In this document: in pieces, positions 14,201-29,085 of the stretch
Layout of the letters: each line of letters opens with the position of its first letter
Numbering within the stretch: position 1 is the stretch's first letter
Source of the DNA: Glycera tridactyla
Taxonomy: Eukaryota
DNA length: 63,704 bases
Direction: 5' to 3'
Assembly: GCA_965644265.1 (NCBI GenBank)
Contig: OZ286463.1
Location: 78,368,297 to 78,432,000 of the forward strand
Notes under the pieces: generated by a model
Seen by the model: the letters and a program-made list of their open reading frames with translations, nothing else
The model's database searches: none
What the model was told of the DNA's origin: nothing
Translations under genes and position numbers: made by a program

Positions 14201-17200
14201 ACCCTGAACGATCAAAACATCGATTCACACAAAGAAAGAAGGGTGCTTGCACTTACTTCATTGTGGTGGGAGACGTATAAGAAAAGTATTCTCCCTAGTT
14301 ACTCCCAAAAAACCAACAGAACAAGATCATGTGAGAATGGATCATGATAGAATGTGCACTCATGATGGTGGCTGTGGTTCTCGTGATCACGATAGTACTA
14401 CTCATATCGGGTAGTGTCTGCTCTGATCTTGGTAATAACGCAGCGTCTAAATACTGCGCTCATGTTCAGTGAACTGGTACTAGGCACGCTGGTCAATCTC
14501 ACGCGTCCTTCAATTCTGTGGATGTTTTCCGGCTGATGACTATGACAGATTATACAGTGCAACCTGTATACAAAGATCACGCTTTCGCACATCAAGTGGT
14601 ATTTTAAGACGGATGGCCTTTTTAGATAGGATGTTCATCGTATGAAAGACTATAACATACCTTGGATGTAGGTGACTTTTGTATAGAGGGGGTCTCTCTG
14701 ACAGTTTAGACTCTACTCAACTCCATGCCGATAACTATTCCAAATAGGTGCAAAATCATTCATGACATAATTTGTTTTTGAAAGGCGGATAAATTGGCAA
14801 CCTATTCTATGTTTTAATTATGTGCAGTTTGTTGAGTATTAATCAGGCAATAGTCGGACACGCACTGTACAGACCGATCACTGGTCATGGTGGTCCCATG
14901 ATGAAGACACAACACACACTTCAGCATCGAATTCATTCGCATTGTCACGTTTTGCAGAATATCCGTAGTCAAAACGTAAGAAAATAAGTTCACAATTATA
15001 TCTTCGGTCACATTGAATCCATCAGAGTATATCTCACGGAGCGGAGCTCAATCTGGACGATCTGTCGTATAGCTTCAATTGAAAGGGTTATCCTACAACC
15101 ACATAGAGCCTGGTTAGAATATCATTGGTAGCCGTTGCACAACAACAGACTGCTTTTTCACATTTGTCCACGTGCAGGATGCATCGGGCTTCTTGCATTG
15201 ACAGAGATCCAGCAATGGTGTTGCTACCCACACCAGCACAGCATCTATGCCGTACTTGTTATTACCGAACCATCGGAGACATTGATATGAAAAGATGAAA
15301 CATTACTTAGAGCCCAACACGAAGTGACCGGCATGAGCTACACCCCATCAGGGCTGGGTTTATGGTGAGAAGGTCTAGCCGACAATATTGGCACCATGTT
15401 AACTTCCGCTGCATATGAGTGACTTCGGATCACTCACCATAATACACCAGCATGCATACACGAGCAAGCAAAGGCCAGAAGGATTCAAATCCCAATCTAA
15501 GGTAGAGAGGATCGTGCCCTACCAAGATCAGACAACTCAGGCGAAAATGGCTCACTATAGCTGATGTACAAATGACATCAGTCAGTCGAAACATTGAAAC
15601 AAACGTACAATAATTGAACCTTAATGAGTGGCTGAAGCTGAGAATCACACAAGAACAAGAAGTAAAAATTGCCATTGCAACTATGTACCGTCCTTGATTG
15701 ATTTGCTGGCTCATTCTGATGCTGTGACCTGACATTGAAAAGCATCACATGACCTGCGAAAACAAACTGTTCTGTTTGCTACGAAAATTATCTAGCCACT
15801 CTGTATTGGTATCCAAAAAGGTAGCCTATCCGAAAAATATTTCTTTCATTGCTGCAGGATCCCTTACCGATACAAAAATCCCACAATCGATTGTACCAGC
15901 TAATTTGTCACTTTTTTGTGATACTATGGCCTCCCATAGCGGGACCTACCTCGAATGATACATCCATCAACATGTTACCATGAAAAAACCTAGAGAGAAT
16001 GAAAAATAAATTGCTGACACACGCAAAATACAGACTTCCATGTTCATGATTTCTGATTTGATTCGGATTCGCCATATTCTTCCGAAATGTCTAATTATCT
16101 CCTCGTCATGTTTGACACAAGAATATAATCATGACAAGTCTTCAGTCGAATAAGAGATTTGTTTTTCCCCTCATGACTTGTTAACATGTCTTTCATACTT
16201 GTGTAATCTTTCAGGCCCCATTCCGGGATGCGTTGTCATGGATGGTATGTGAGCACGTCCTTCACACGTCATGGATGAGGGGATGAGTCCGATACTTCAG
16301 CTAATGGGTCCCCCTGGGGGCTATGGCTGGGCACCCTCTTGATCGGGTTAGGGCTCGCGGACAGCTAATTTATTCCCAGACTCAATTATCCACTCGCTGA
16401 GGGCAACACACCGCATAGGGACACCAGAGGCTCAATACAACTGTCCAGCCATTTGCTGTGATTATTCTGCACCGAGATCACCAGGCTGGCGTCCTGCATA
16501 CTCATGCGGCTGAGTTATAGTCAAGCCTGGCCTTAACATGCGGCCAAAGAAAGATGCTAAGGTATATGCTCAGAATAGGTGCATGCTCCGTACAGGTGAA
16601 TCAGAGTGAGAATTCTGCGGCGGGTTCAATACAGCGTGTTAGATCAGGAAGGCTCCATAATTCAATTAAAGCTCTGGCCAGATACGACTGTACCTCTCAT
16701 TTACCCAAATGCAATGCATCACGCTGGGGTACTATCATTTTATTGCACCATCTGGAGATATCTCTATATTTGAATAACAACCCCAATTAGGCTGAATGAA
16801 GAGATCGTACACTCAAACCTGTCTTCAAAGGCCATAGCAAAATGTGGTCAGATTGGACAGGTGGTGTGTGCAGGAATCATCCATTGTGTGAAATACTATC
16901 CTGATCACCATCAAGGGTGATCTTCGCGAGCAGGTGGCTTCGGTATGAGGGTGGACTCGCCAGTTGGTTCAGTAGTATGTTTTCCTTTTGTCAATACAGT
17001 TGTAGCAGTTTGACATGCCTACAAATTCCAAAATTGGCAGTATCAAGAAGTGGTTGTAGTGAGCAGGTGGCATCTCTCCAGAGGTCTCTTTATACACACA
17101 CATATGTGGAGGTAGATTTATCCCATCTGAGATGGATTTGTGTATTCATGATTTGTGTATTCATGAACAGATCATTATCTTGAAATTATGCGACACTCCT

Positions 17201-18829
17201 TACGAGTAGGTACCACATATTTTCCTTTTGGGGTGTTTCCGTTATTGACAAGAATGACATACATTGTATGCATCTGATCTCCCTGAACAGGAAACGGTGA
17301 CTAAGAGCGCGAGAGGTACATTTTCACACGGGTTGTCATTCACTTAACCTGCCCTATCTGAGAGCACTGAATTTGAATAAGATAGCGCCGATTGCGGCAT
17401 ACAAGTAGACTACCATCTTAGTCGATGGAACTAGTATCATTGATGCTGATTCTCCCCTTTCAGACCACAGAGAGGCTGGTAATGAAAGGCTCATATTAAA
17501 TTGTAGGAAGGCCAACAAAGTGGGCCATGGCAGTATTCAACTGCGTATATTGTGAAGTATTCAACAAGGTTGTCAAATGCCATGGATGAAATGTGAGATT
17601 GGTTGATTAATTCTTGATTACACTAACGGTAAATTATTTGATGATCAATTGACGCTATTTAGAATTCACACAACGACATGAATGTCCTGGATTCAATTAA
17701 AATTCAATCTAATATGCGCCTGACATGAATTGTTATTCGCATAAATGCATTTTAATCACTCAGACCCTTGAACGTGCATGAATTCGAAATGCCACGATGC
17801 TAATACACGATTTGAACAAAAAGATCATACCAACATGAATGATCATCAAACTCTCACCACAAGGTCTGCCAATCCTATCTGGGCTATTGATCAGTCTATC
17901 GATGAATCGATATATCTGACTAGATGGGTCCAGAAAAAAGTCAAGAATCTAGTCCACGAATCGAAGAACGGTGCTGTTGGATGTGAATACTTCATATGTG
18001 TCGGGGTTTCGAGAACATTTGCTTCAGATTGTGCTCCTTCAAATGCAGTCTACGTGCATTTCATTGGCTCATCACGAGAAACGTCATGTTATGCACTGGT
18101 AGCCCCTTTAAAATTGATGGATGTGTTACTATTTCGCAAGTTGTAGCCTGTGAACATATACATCAGGCTGCAAACACAGGAACACGCATGAACTACAAAT
18201 AATCAGGTTGATTGATTATGCGAGCAACAATTGGGTACCCGAAAACCATTTTCCCTAGGTCAGCAGTAGTATTATAATCAATGATCACGTATCACCCTAG
18301 ACAATACCTCTCAGTTTCGTACAAGCAACCAAACACATGTACAATGTAGGAAAATTCAATCAAAACAGTTGGAGGTGCCCTATCCATATCATATATGAGA
18401 CAATATAGCAGCAACACAGGGAAGATCAGAACAGTTTTGGCTCCGGCACTCACAGCATTGATGTAGTTTTCCAAATTGTTTCAATCAGAAGTATAAGTGG
18501 ACATTTTGCGACGGATCACGTTGATGGAATTATCGACTGTGAAGAGCAAGAGGTCATGTTTTCTCGGATGTAATACTATTCGGTGATTTGTAAATTCGCA
18601 CCAGTTTGATTGGACTTGCATACTTGTTTGCCTACTGGTCTGACTTTATAGAAACATATGAAGTAGAGGGTTTTTCTCATCTCCCACGCCCACCTTCCTC
18701 GGTCGTATCTTGATGAGATGATCTCCAAATGAGCTTCATCTAGCCCTGCAAACCCACTAATCAATTTCACCAGCCAATTAAATTTCCCCTGAGGCCTTCC
18801 CAATACTTGACTAGTCAGTGATCACAGGG

Positions 18830-19052
18830 TAAATAGCATACAGGGAATCGTCAGGGCTCCATGCGGACGAGGTCACAAATCTATTCATACTGGTGAACAA
18901 AACAGTATTTACAGTGCGTACTTAGCACATGTTGTGCTTTTGCAACCCAATTCAAAGGGATCGAACCACGACCCCCCCCCCCCCCGCCACTCACGAAAGG
19001 CACCCATTGCCTTGCAACTAAGCGGCCTGCAATCTACCCATTCAGCCATCCC
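18830..19052 (-). mobile_element. Probable tRNA-derived SINE
   Basis: The minus strand has an A-box TGGCTGAATGG (19038-19048) and a B-box GGTTCGATCCC (18957-18967), separated by a poly-G run. No cloverleaf could be folded. The 3' end is uncertain. Confidence 0.55.
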
Positions 19053-19124
19053 TGGCGAGCTAAGAAAGACTGGAACATGTCAAGCCCCAACATGATTCTA
19101 CATCAGTACTATGCACGTACACAC

Positions 19125-19392
19125 CATCATTGTTATTATTATCATTATTATTATTATCATTTTTATCTGTTTTATTATTATTATTTTTCTTATCATTATT
19201 ATCATTATTATTATTATTATTCTGACTGAAAATATTACTGAAAATATCATTATTATTTCTATCCTTATTATTATTATTATCATTATCATTATTATTATTA
19301 TCATCATTATTATCCATATTATTATCATTATTATTATTATTATTATCTGTAATATTATTATTCGTATCATTACATTTATTATGATCATCATG
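19125..19392. repeat. (ATT/ATC)n trinucleotide tract
   Basis: Seen directly; it produces the poly-Ile and poly-Asn ORFs. Confidence 0.97.
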
Positions 19393-21751
19393 ATGCAGCA
19401 GCAGTAGCAGTGGCTGCAGCAGCTACATATCCATGATTAGGTAGCAGCGTCCTAGATTGGCCCGTCCCTCAACATCCTCTGCACAGGTTGATAAATTGAA
19501 TATCAATCAACGAGAATTACAGCATCAGCTGCACGGTGTTCTAAATAGTCACACGTTTACCTCCGCCAACAATACGAGGGCAGTATCTTTCTGAAAGAAG
19601 GAATCGAATCCTGATCTTGCCTTTAAACATCCGGGGTTAAGGAAGAATCAAATTTCGATCTTGTCTTTAGTCATCGTGTGTAAAGGTCGTAGTGGATCCT
19701 CTGCAATCGAGTATGATTGGCTCTAACTCATGGGTCGTGTCGGTTGGTGATGGATGGAGGCACTAATGTCAGACAAACGGATTTGAGCAGGCCACATGCC
19801 ACAGATAGCAGACAAGCCATTATCAATCGACATCTCGCTGACCGATGGCCTCCATTCAATATGCCATCCCAACTGATGACTCAGCCGACCTAACTTTGAC
19901 ATCACGCACCTTCAACTTAATACCCCATCATAATCCCCGCTACTTCTACTAGCATCCATATCGACTTTCAAGATACCAATCTATCGTAACTAGTGAAAGA
20001 GATCACATATGATATATCGACAGCACATATTTTGACCTGGATGAGCCAAGATGACCTACTTAGGCCAAGGCACCTATTCGTCAATGATCTCTGACGTCTA
20101 TTGAAAAAGTCGGAATTGTTCTCGCTTGAATCATGGCCATCGCATCCCTACAAGAAATCAATATAAGATGACAAATGGCCGTCGAATCCTTAGCTGAAGC
20201 CAGACAAATTCAATTGGAGCTCTTTTGATGAATGGAGACCGACCCGTGACAGATTTGTGGGATACTTTCAGTCACGTGAATCAGGCAGGATTATTGCCGA
20301 GCAACCTGTATTATTCACCATACATTCGTTCATGTTTCGTCCTGGAATGACAATCATCCTAACAGAAGCAGTAGGAGAGATCAATTGCATTGGCAAAACC
20401 ATCCTTGAGTGGAGTGTTGATCATCATTTTGATCGTTACAATCACCATGTTGGCTGTCATAATCATCCTTTTGTAGGCATAAACATAATGGCCCACTAAG
20501 AATCTTGCCATAAGTCCATTATTCCGACGGTTTTGGGGTATCCAATTCTCTCATGCTATCATCGTAGAATCTGTTCTTTGCAAAATCGCCACCTTCTGAG
20601 TGCTATCGTGAACATTTCATCGATGTGACGTTATCTCAGTAGTGTCTTTATCTCATCTGATGAGTCAAAACAACTCTGTTCATCATGAGAATTGTTTAAA
20701 TAGACATTAAGAGCAATTCAACAACTGATCATCTCGTTTAAGGCTCTGATTACCGACCGATGCAGCTATTCTCCAGATTGTGATATTGCTCATACGAAAT
20801 GCACCCCCCCCCCTCAATCTGCATGATAAGGGCATTGTGAATACTAGTGTTATGCCCCACTTTTGAATTGACTGGAACAGCTGAATCGATTAATTTGTGT
20901 GTGGCGTAATCCAAATGCCTGTCCAATGGAAGGATGTGTCGATCCAGAGGCAGACCCGCTCGATGATGACCATTGAATACATTCTCTTGAGTGGGAATAC
21001 CGGTGTTCGAGATAGCCGAAAAAGCAAAGTCTCCTTTGTGCGCCTTAGCGCTCTTGTAGTGAGTTTACGGGCATAGCTTGCGAGGGGCTTTCGATTGTAT
21101 TGTCAAAGAGTGGTACGATAGTTACATGGTAGTCAGCGCTCTATAATCCAGTTGGTTAAGTTTGCTCATTTTGACACCCGTGATCTGGTCTTACTGAAGC
21201 AACTATAGAGACATTCCAAAAAATTACTTTGTCAGAGGCCACAATGATGATTATATGAAGGCAATTTCCTTTCGCATGATTCACTCCCAGAAAGATCGAT
21301 AATTGGACTCACGCATCGTGGGTGGGCAGATGTGGGTGATGTAATCACAGGTCATGAGAGCTTACACAATCACGTGCCTCTTGGATGTGAATCTCATGAA
21401 CTGGCACGCAATCATGCCTCTCGAGAATGCCCACAAGCCCACAAGCCCAACTTCTGCGTGGCGCTTCAGGCGCTCCAAATTCGATAACATAGTATCCGAG
21501 GTCACCCAAATCTATTCTCTTTCTCTATCTACACGGAGGAATGCCGTGGTATCTATGTTTCGCCCCAAGCAATGGGCTCTATCAGCAATGCCTCACGGAA
21601 AACACGACCAGGACATCTGCCACGAAGGATCCGCACCCAGCTGTTCCTTCCGGAATTGTTCTCGATCGCATGTTTAAGTGATACCTCTCAAAACTATCAC
21701 GAGAGTCAGAGAGGTCATTTACTGTTGAAAATACTATCACTGTCGCACCTC

Positions 21752-21813
21752 AGGGCGGTCTTTATAAGCAGGTGGTATTTATAGAGAGGTGGTCTTTAGA
21801 GCAGGTTCGACTG
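21752..21813. mobile_element. MITE right-end fragment
   Basis: GGTGGTCTTTAGAGCAGGTTCGACTG|TA, the same terminus type as 26347. Confidence 0.6.
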
Positions 21814-24800
21814 TACCTGTCGTTACCTAACACCACATACCCTACAAGTTGCAAGTAAGAAGTGAATCTCATAGCACAGGATGATTTCGGATTATCATAC
21901 CAATATACTATCTGACTGATACCCCCATGTTTGACCTAGTGTATTGAGTGAATACCCTAAGATTTGGATAAAATTGCTATGTACCTTTTACAGTGACGAA
22001 TAAAAATATGGAGATATTCATCCATTCATTGTTCAATTATTGAAGCATGGATCATGAGTCAGAAGTGGAAAACCACTCTCGGCTCTATATTAGAATTCGA
22101 AATTCACTGATTTTCTGGAGGCAGATGACATGGTATCAGGAAGCTAGAAATGACGACATATGAAACTGACAAGTACAGAATCAGTGACTCGGGAATGTTT
22201 CTTATAATGAATATCGCTCCAACGAATAATATGAACTTTGGGAAGAAGGATGCAGCTTTAGAAGCACTGCACGCAGCCATACATTGATTCATGAAGTCCT
22301 ACGTCGTCTATTCCCCTCGATTCTCACCGAGAGACTAGGGATATGGCTGAGATATCAGCCTCATCAGATTGTCAGAGAATCAGTGATTGAATCGAAGCCT
22401 AGTTGAGTTGCCGTTACCCTGTTTATTTATTGGCCCGGGTGACAGGCAATTGCCTTGAGGTACACCTAGACCACACGCACAAACAGTAGATGGACACCAA
22501 GCCATGGTCCTCACTGGTATTTTTGGCCGTTTTAGGACACCAAAACGCATCACTATAGCCCTCCCCAGAGTTGCATATCATTGTGCCTGAGAAATGGGGG
22601 ATGGGGCTGATTCTGTTGAAAATTCTAGTAACATCGAGAAAATACCACGACACTTAGATCGGCAAGTTGGCGCATGGTGTAGTGGTACTTGGGATGTCAC
22701 ATAGTTGTAACAAAATACATTGAAAATACAGGGTAATTCGATTAGATCCGGTCATCCACCTGCCATGAATTGAGAAACAGTTCTTCAATTTTAGACACCC
22801 TGAGCAACAATGAATTTATTCGAAAACACATTTGTCACACATTTGCTCTGAGGCTGGGCGTTTCCGGCGTTTCTGGTAATGTGTATGTGTTTGGTGCTTT
22901 CTCCACAGATACCGCTCTGATCAACTCGAAGCATTCTTCTTTCGATTGTACATCGGCTCACGATCGACCAGCTGGAGCCCGAAGCTCGTGGAAAGTTCAG
23001 CATGTCAACCTTATAACTGTCTCCGCCGTCTTCCCCATCTAGCATGAGGACAAAGAAAGAGAGAGGCATATTATGACGGGCGGAGGAGGCCGCAAATCAT
23101 TGTAACGACGTCCCTAACTAATACGCCCTGTATTGAATTTGTTCTGCCTCATGGAGATCTACATGCTTCATTATCCTCACTTGAAAAAAATGCAGGCAGC
23201 TGGCATCTCCCCCGTACTTTCCATATCTCAGTATTATCTTGAAGGGCAGGATACAGGGTGGAGAATACAAATCATAACTTTCAATATCTGTACCATTTCC
23301 CCGATGCATATTCGAAACAATATGATAAAAGTTCACCCGTCTGTTGATCCTCTGATCGGTTGCGAAACTAATGTTCCCGTATTTGGCACACCGTTTGTTT
23401 TTCTTCACCTAAAATATGTTTCCATGAATTCAGCTTGGGATATGAGAAAGTGCATAGTGATTCAATATGGACGCGTTCTGGACTGTTCAAGATCTTTCTT
23501 CATGGCACACAATGTGATTAGTTCCATTCAATGCTCGGATGAATCTACGTGTCCAGCACACATGATCAAATATGCTTTCAATTATCAATAATTGTCTCGA
23601 GTGACACATTGTCTAATGACATCAATCACAAACGAACATAATCCCTGATGGTGATCGAGTTGTAATAACCGCAGTCACGATTTTGCTCACTGCATGATCC
23701 GGCAAACGGGTTCAAGANNNNNNNNNNNNNNNNNNNNNNNNNNNNNNNNNNNNNNNNNNNNNNNNNNNNNNNNNNNNNNNNNNNNNNNNNNNNNNNNNNN
23801 NNNNNNNNNNNNNNNNNNNNNNNNNNNNNNNNNNNNNNNNNNNNNNNNNNNNNNNNNNNNNNNNNNNNNNNNNNNNNNNNNNNNNNNNNNNNNNNNNNNN
23901 NNNNNNNNNNNNNNNNNNNNNNNNNNNNNNNNNNNNNNNNNNNNNNNNNNNNNNNNNNNNNNNNNNNNNNNNNNNNNNNNNNNNNNNNNNNNNNCCATCC
24001 ATCCATAAAGCCGCCTGTCCACCCATCCACCTACCCACCGATGGTCAGACCAAAACGGGGTCTCGTCAGGATGTTCATCATATGGAATACGATTGCAGTC
24101 ATCACTTCTTCTCTTGATAGAGGCGGCCTTTCATGCAGATATGTCTGTAAATACATAATTATGACATAATGCGGGATTATGTGTGTTTGCTGTTAAAGAG
24201 TCATGGGTCTTCTCATAGGCAAGACTAAGCATGAAAGAAGAGGGAGACTAACCTTTCAATATCCGGGGAGTATTGAGGGGTAGTTATAGGGCCTTGAAAA
24301 CGGAAATGATGTAACGTTTATAGCAACAGGATGGCTGATGATATATCACTCAGGGAGACATTCACTGGACACCAGGAGCTATCGGGGGGCCGACAGGTTA
24401 GGAACAGTCTCACTTTCCGCAAACCTTCCTGAGAACGTGCAGCTGCAGGTGTCATGTTCATGTAAAAACCAGCATTATATTCCGAGTCATCTCATGTTTA
24501 CCATATCATGTAAAATCACATTCAATGCCCCTAACCAAATATCTCCCCTCCTATCTCGTGGTATGTGGAAAAGCCTCTGTATGGGGTAATTTTGTATATA
24601 CGAGTATAGATAAAGTCGTTTCAATTCAATTCAATATCACACCATCACGCAATAATACGAAATCATATTTGGGGGAGGGGGATCATCACGCTAGATTTTT
24701 CACAGTATGAAGATCTGTGCCATGAGACCTGCATGCAGATGTAAATATGATCACACCACAGCCGGGATCCCTCCCCCCTGTCAGGCGCCCTGATAATGTC

Positions 24801-26182
24801 TTATCCTCCATAAATTTCAACCAAACCAAACTTATGCAGGTAGTCTGACGAAATTCTTCTCCAAAAAGCAATTTAGTGTGTGTACTTACTAGTTTTCAAT
24901 GCGCTGAGTCACTTGATCCCACAACATCGCCCTGATTGGTCTAGTGGTGTAGTCATAGTGGCGACGCAATCCTGGTGCATTTGATTTTCCCAAAGTCGAT
25001 CTATCTGTGCCCCGCGCAAAACATATGGGTGCAACCACCAGACCATGCCTATGATTAAGATATTATCAAATAAAGGTGTGATGGGATTGGCACTGATGCG
25101 CCTGCCTCAGGCTGATGTCAAAATTCCTTCAGCATGTGCTACATGAAGCGGTTATATCAGATCTAAGGTTGTGAACTCATCACGTTGCCAGAAAATTAGA
25201 TTATGAGACGACCATATTCCTCCCCATGAATATGCCACATCAACATATGTGACCACATTAATTCACCCGAACTTGTAGCTGATGAGAAGGTTGCGAGCGC
25301 ATTTAAAGTACAGAGCATGACCGATATGGTCAGGGTATGAATAGTGTGCAAGGAAAATCATTAAGGGGAGCTCCAAGTGATGATGACACTTTGAAAGGCT
25401 AGAATCGTCCCGTTATAAGCAGTGCGCAGTCATATTGAAAACCTGAATGGAGTTGGGAGCAGGCACTGATCAACTTATAGATGGAGGAAAGCTCTTAAAT
25501 TGCCCTTCAAAATTTTGGAGGGGATTATGCATCCAAGTTCATGTGCAACATGATAATTCGTGGGTTGAATTCTGTATGGTGTAGCTAGAGGATTGGAATG
25601 GAAGGGAACAAATATCACTCAGCATGTTTTTGCGTACGGATGGACTATCATATTTCAGGTGTCTGAAGGTCAATTGTTTGGATGATCTTGGTCTGGTACC
25701 AGGTGATAATACACTTGGAAATAACAGGGAACACGAGATTGCAGTAACAGATCATGTCGTGATGATGTATTATTGAATTCTGTGCATAAATATGCCTCGT
25801 TCAAAAGGTGATAAATGGAATGATAGCAATGTGGTTTGACGATCGGAATCAGACATATACTCATATGTATCACAAATCTTCTTCCTATGGATCGTAGTTA
25901 GATATCAGTGAAACATCTATAGTTGTGGAACAACCTACATTTGGCTCTATTTTATTTTCACGGGCCATCTTCAAAGTCAACCAATATACGAATGCTCATC
26001 TTCTGACGATGCACTCACACCCATTTTGATCAATTTCATGATCAAAAGGTGGAGAATTACTTTGTTCGACCAACATAGGACGTCCACGGAGAGAAGTATG
26101 GACCTCTCCATGATGGGTTTCTCGGTTGGTTTCTCGGCTGTTCAATATATTGGTAGCACCAACCAGGATAAGATCGCACCTT

Positions 26183-26347
26183 TTCGAAAGATCACCTGTC
26201 TTTGGAGACCACCTGCCTGTAAATGCCACCCTCGGCTGGAACCGTGATATAATTTTCCGCACAAAATGACCTCTCTATAAAGACAGTCTGCTTGTGAAAG
26301 CCACTTTTCATGCGACCGAAGGTGGTCTATATAGACAGGTTCGACTG
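26183..26347. mobile_element. MITE lacking one end, related class
   Basis: Ends in GGTGGTCTATATAGACAGGTTCGACTG and has internal GACCACCTG motifs. The left TIR is not seen. Confidence 0.65.
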
Positions 26348-26957
26348 TGTATTGTTACGCTCCTGCAATAGACATTGGCAGATACATTGATGGCTCCCTC
26401 GCCAGGGTCTTTGATCGAAGGCGAAATGGTATGGAATAATGTCCTGATGAAGCCCATGGAGGCAGACAGTGGAAGCTAGCCGGTAACTACGGACTGTGAT
26501 GACGGCCCCGGGCCTACTTGATGACGGTTGTCCCGTTATGAGGAATATGACATCACGTTAATCCTACCACAATTCTGCACGTTGATACGTCATTATTAGA
26601 GGATTAGCTGCTGGCTATGTTATGAAAGATGGCATCATGCTTGATTAAACATTCAATCAATAAGCACATCCTTGTGGTCTGCTCCACATGCTGACGCTGG
26701 CCAAGATGGCTCCTCTTCCTGTTACGATGGCTTGTATCAATCTGACCCGATTTGACTGTGCTATTTGGAGTCGTCTAGTCATGATGCATTTTGTCCAGTA
26801 TGTAGCTGTGCATGGGGACGTTTTTTCAGGTGAATGAATCAACGGGTACATCATAGTGAGCCTTTTTGTATCACATGGTGGATCGTTCAGAATATAAAAG
26901 TAGAGAAGGTAAGAGAGGGGAGAGAAGGCGGGGGGATAGCAGACATTGAAAGTAACA

Positions 26958-26958
<1 letters not shown>

Positions 26959-27032
<74 letters not shown>

Positions 27033-27170
27033 GGACAAACAGACAGACAGTTTTACTTGAAAAGAGATCAATGGAGAAAGAGGGAGTGGCCGATACCGGT
27101 CAACAAACAGACAGGAATGCTGAGCGATAGACTGACAGACAAATAGGCTGATAGATAACATAGATAGATG
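26959..27170. repeat. (AC)n followed by degenerate GACA/GATA repeats
   Basis: Seen directly. Confidence 0.95.
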
Positions 27171-27637
27171 GGCATATGTGCGATGGGACCTTCTGTTTTG
27201 CGATACTCATTCGTAGACAGTATCGGCCCTGATACATAATTGGCCCCAATTGCGAACAGTATTCGGGCCAAACGGTTGACTCGAGAAGCTCAATTAGAAG
27301 ACCAGCACAGTGTATCACAGTGTACCCATCTCTTGATCATGTGAATATGATGTATGTGCACAAGTTGAGTGGGATATTCCGCAGTATGTGTATGCTGTCA
27401 TGTGTGGACAGCATTGCAAACAACGGGAAAGGACCCTCATTAATCACCAACTGTCAGATTACAATGACACACTGTCCTGGTGCCATGGTCATACGTCATG
27501 TTTCTGTGTGTTTGTCTGCCTCGAATGGTAGATATGTAAATAGATGGGCAGGCAGGCATGCAGACGGACGGGGAGATTGGTATATCAGTAGAGAGGTACG
27601 TTGATCGGTAAACAAGCGGATGCTTAGGGAGGAAGGT

Positions 27638-29085
27638 NNNNNNNNNNNNNNNNNNNNNNNNNNNNNNNNNNNNNNNNNNNNNNNNNNNNNNNNNNNNNNN
27701 NNNNNNNNNNNNNNNNNNNNNNNNNNNNNNNNNNNNNNNNNNNNNNNNNNNNNNNNNNNNNNNNNNNNNNNNNNNNNNNNNNNNNNNNNNNNNNNNNNNN
27801 NNNNNNNNNNNNNNNNNNNNNNNNNNNNNNNNNNNNNNNNNNNNNNNNNNNNNNNNNNNNNNNNNNNNNNNNNNNNNNNNNNNNNNNNNNNNNNNNNNNN
27901 NNNNNNNNNNNNNNNNNNNNNNNNNNNNNNNNNNNNNNNNNNNNNNNNNNNNNNNNNNNNNNNNNNNNNNNNNNNNNNNNNNNNNNNNNNNNNNNNNNNN
28001 NNNNNNNNNAGGTAGGTAATTAGGTAGGTAGGTAGGTAGGTAGGTCGGGGGGTAGGTAGGTAGGTAGGTAGTAGGGTGGGTAGGTAGNNNNNNNNNNNNN
28101 NNNNNNNNNNNNNNNNNNNNNNNNNNNNNNNNNNNNNNNNNNNNNNNNNNNNNNNNNNNNNNNNNNNNNNNNNNNNNNNNNNNNNNNNNNNNNNNNNNNN
28201 NNNNNNNNNNNNNNNNNNNNNNNNNNNNNNNNNNNNNNNNNNNNNNNNNNNNNNNNNNNNNNNNNNNNNNNNNNNNNNNNNNNNNNNNNNNNNNNNNNNN
28301 NNNNNNNNNNNNNNNNNNNNNNNNNNNNNNNNNNNNNNNNNNNNNNNNNNNNNNNNNNNNNNNNNNNNNNNNNNNNNNNNNNNNNNNNNNNNNNNNNNNN
28401 NNNNNNNNNNNNNNNNNNNNNNNNNNNNNNNNNNNNNNNNNNNNNNNNNNNNNNNNNNNNNNNNNNNNNNNNNAGTAGGGTGGGTAGGTAGNNNNNNNNN
28501 NNNNNNNNNNNNNNNNNNNNNNNNNNNNNNNNNNNNNNNNNNNNNNNNNNNNNNNNNNNNNNNNNNNNNNNNNNNNNNNNNNNNNNNNNNNNNNNNNNNN
28601 NNNNNNNNNNNNNNNNNNNNNNNNNNNNNNNNNNNNNNNNNNNNNNNNNNNNNNNNNNNNNNNNNNNNNNNNNNNNNNNNNNNNNNNNNNNNNNNNNNNN
28701 NNNNNNNNNNNNNNNNNNNNNNNNNNNNNNNNNNNNNNNNNAGGAAGGTAGGTAGTAGGGTGGGTAGGTAGNNNNNNNNNNNNNNNNNNNNNNNNNNNNN
28801 NNNNNNNNNNNNNNNNNNNNNNNNNNNNNNNNNNNNNNNNNNNNNNNNNNNNNNNNNNNNNNNNNNNNNNNNNNNNNNNNNNNNNNNNNNNNNNNNNNNN
28901 NNNNNNNNNNNNNNNNNNNNNNNNNNNNNNNNNNNNNNNNNNNNNNNNNNNNNNNNNNNNNNNNNNNNNNNNNNNNNNNNNNNNNNNNNNNNNNNNNNNN
29001 NNNNNNNNNNNNNNNNNNNNNNNNNNNNNNNNNNNNNNNNNNNNNNNNNNNNNAGGTGAGAGGTAGGTAGCTAGCCATATAGCCA
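27638..29085. repeat. Mostly N-masked (TAGG)n-type array
   Basis: The unmasked islands are all TAGG repeats. AGTAGGGTGGGTAGGTAG recurs at 28070, 28474 and 28754. Confidence 0.8.

Noticed and set aside
20950-21170. Minus-strand DYRAL as a gypsy RT motif
   Set aside because: Surrounded by stops, and none of the other LTR-RT motifs appear at the expected spacing.
22340-22375. Minus-strand CTGATGA followed by a GGCTGA/TCAGCC hairpin
   Set aside because: The required GAAA is replaced by ATAT and there is no convincing stem I or III.
22669-22745. tRNA or SINE head with A-box-like TGGTGTAGTGG
   Set aside because: No credible B-box or cloverleaf.
26405-26465. Hammerhead ribozyme-like GGCGAAA...CTGATGAAGCC
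   Set aside because: Only 17 nt separate GAAA and CTGATGA, and I could not form stems I and III.
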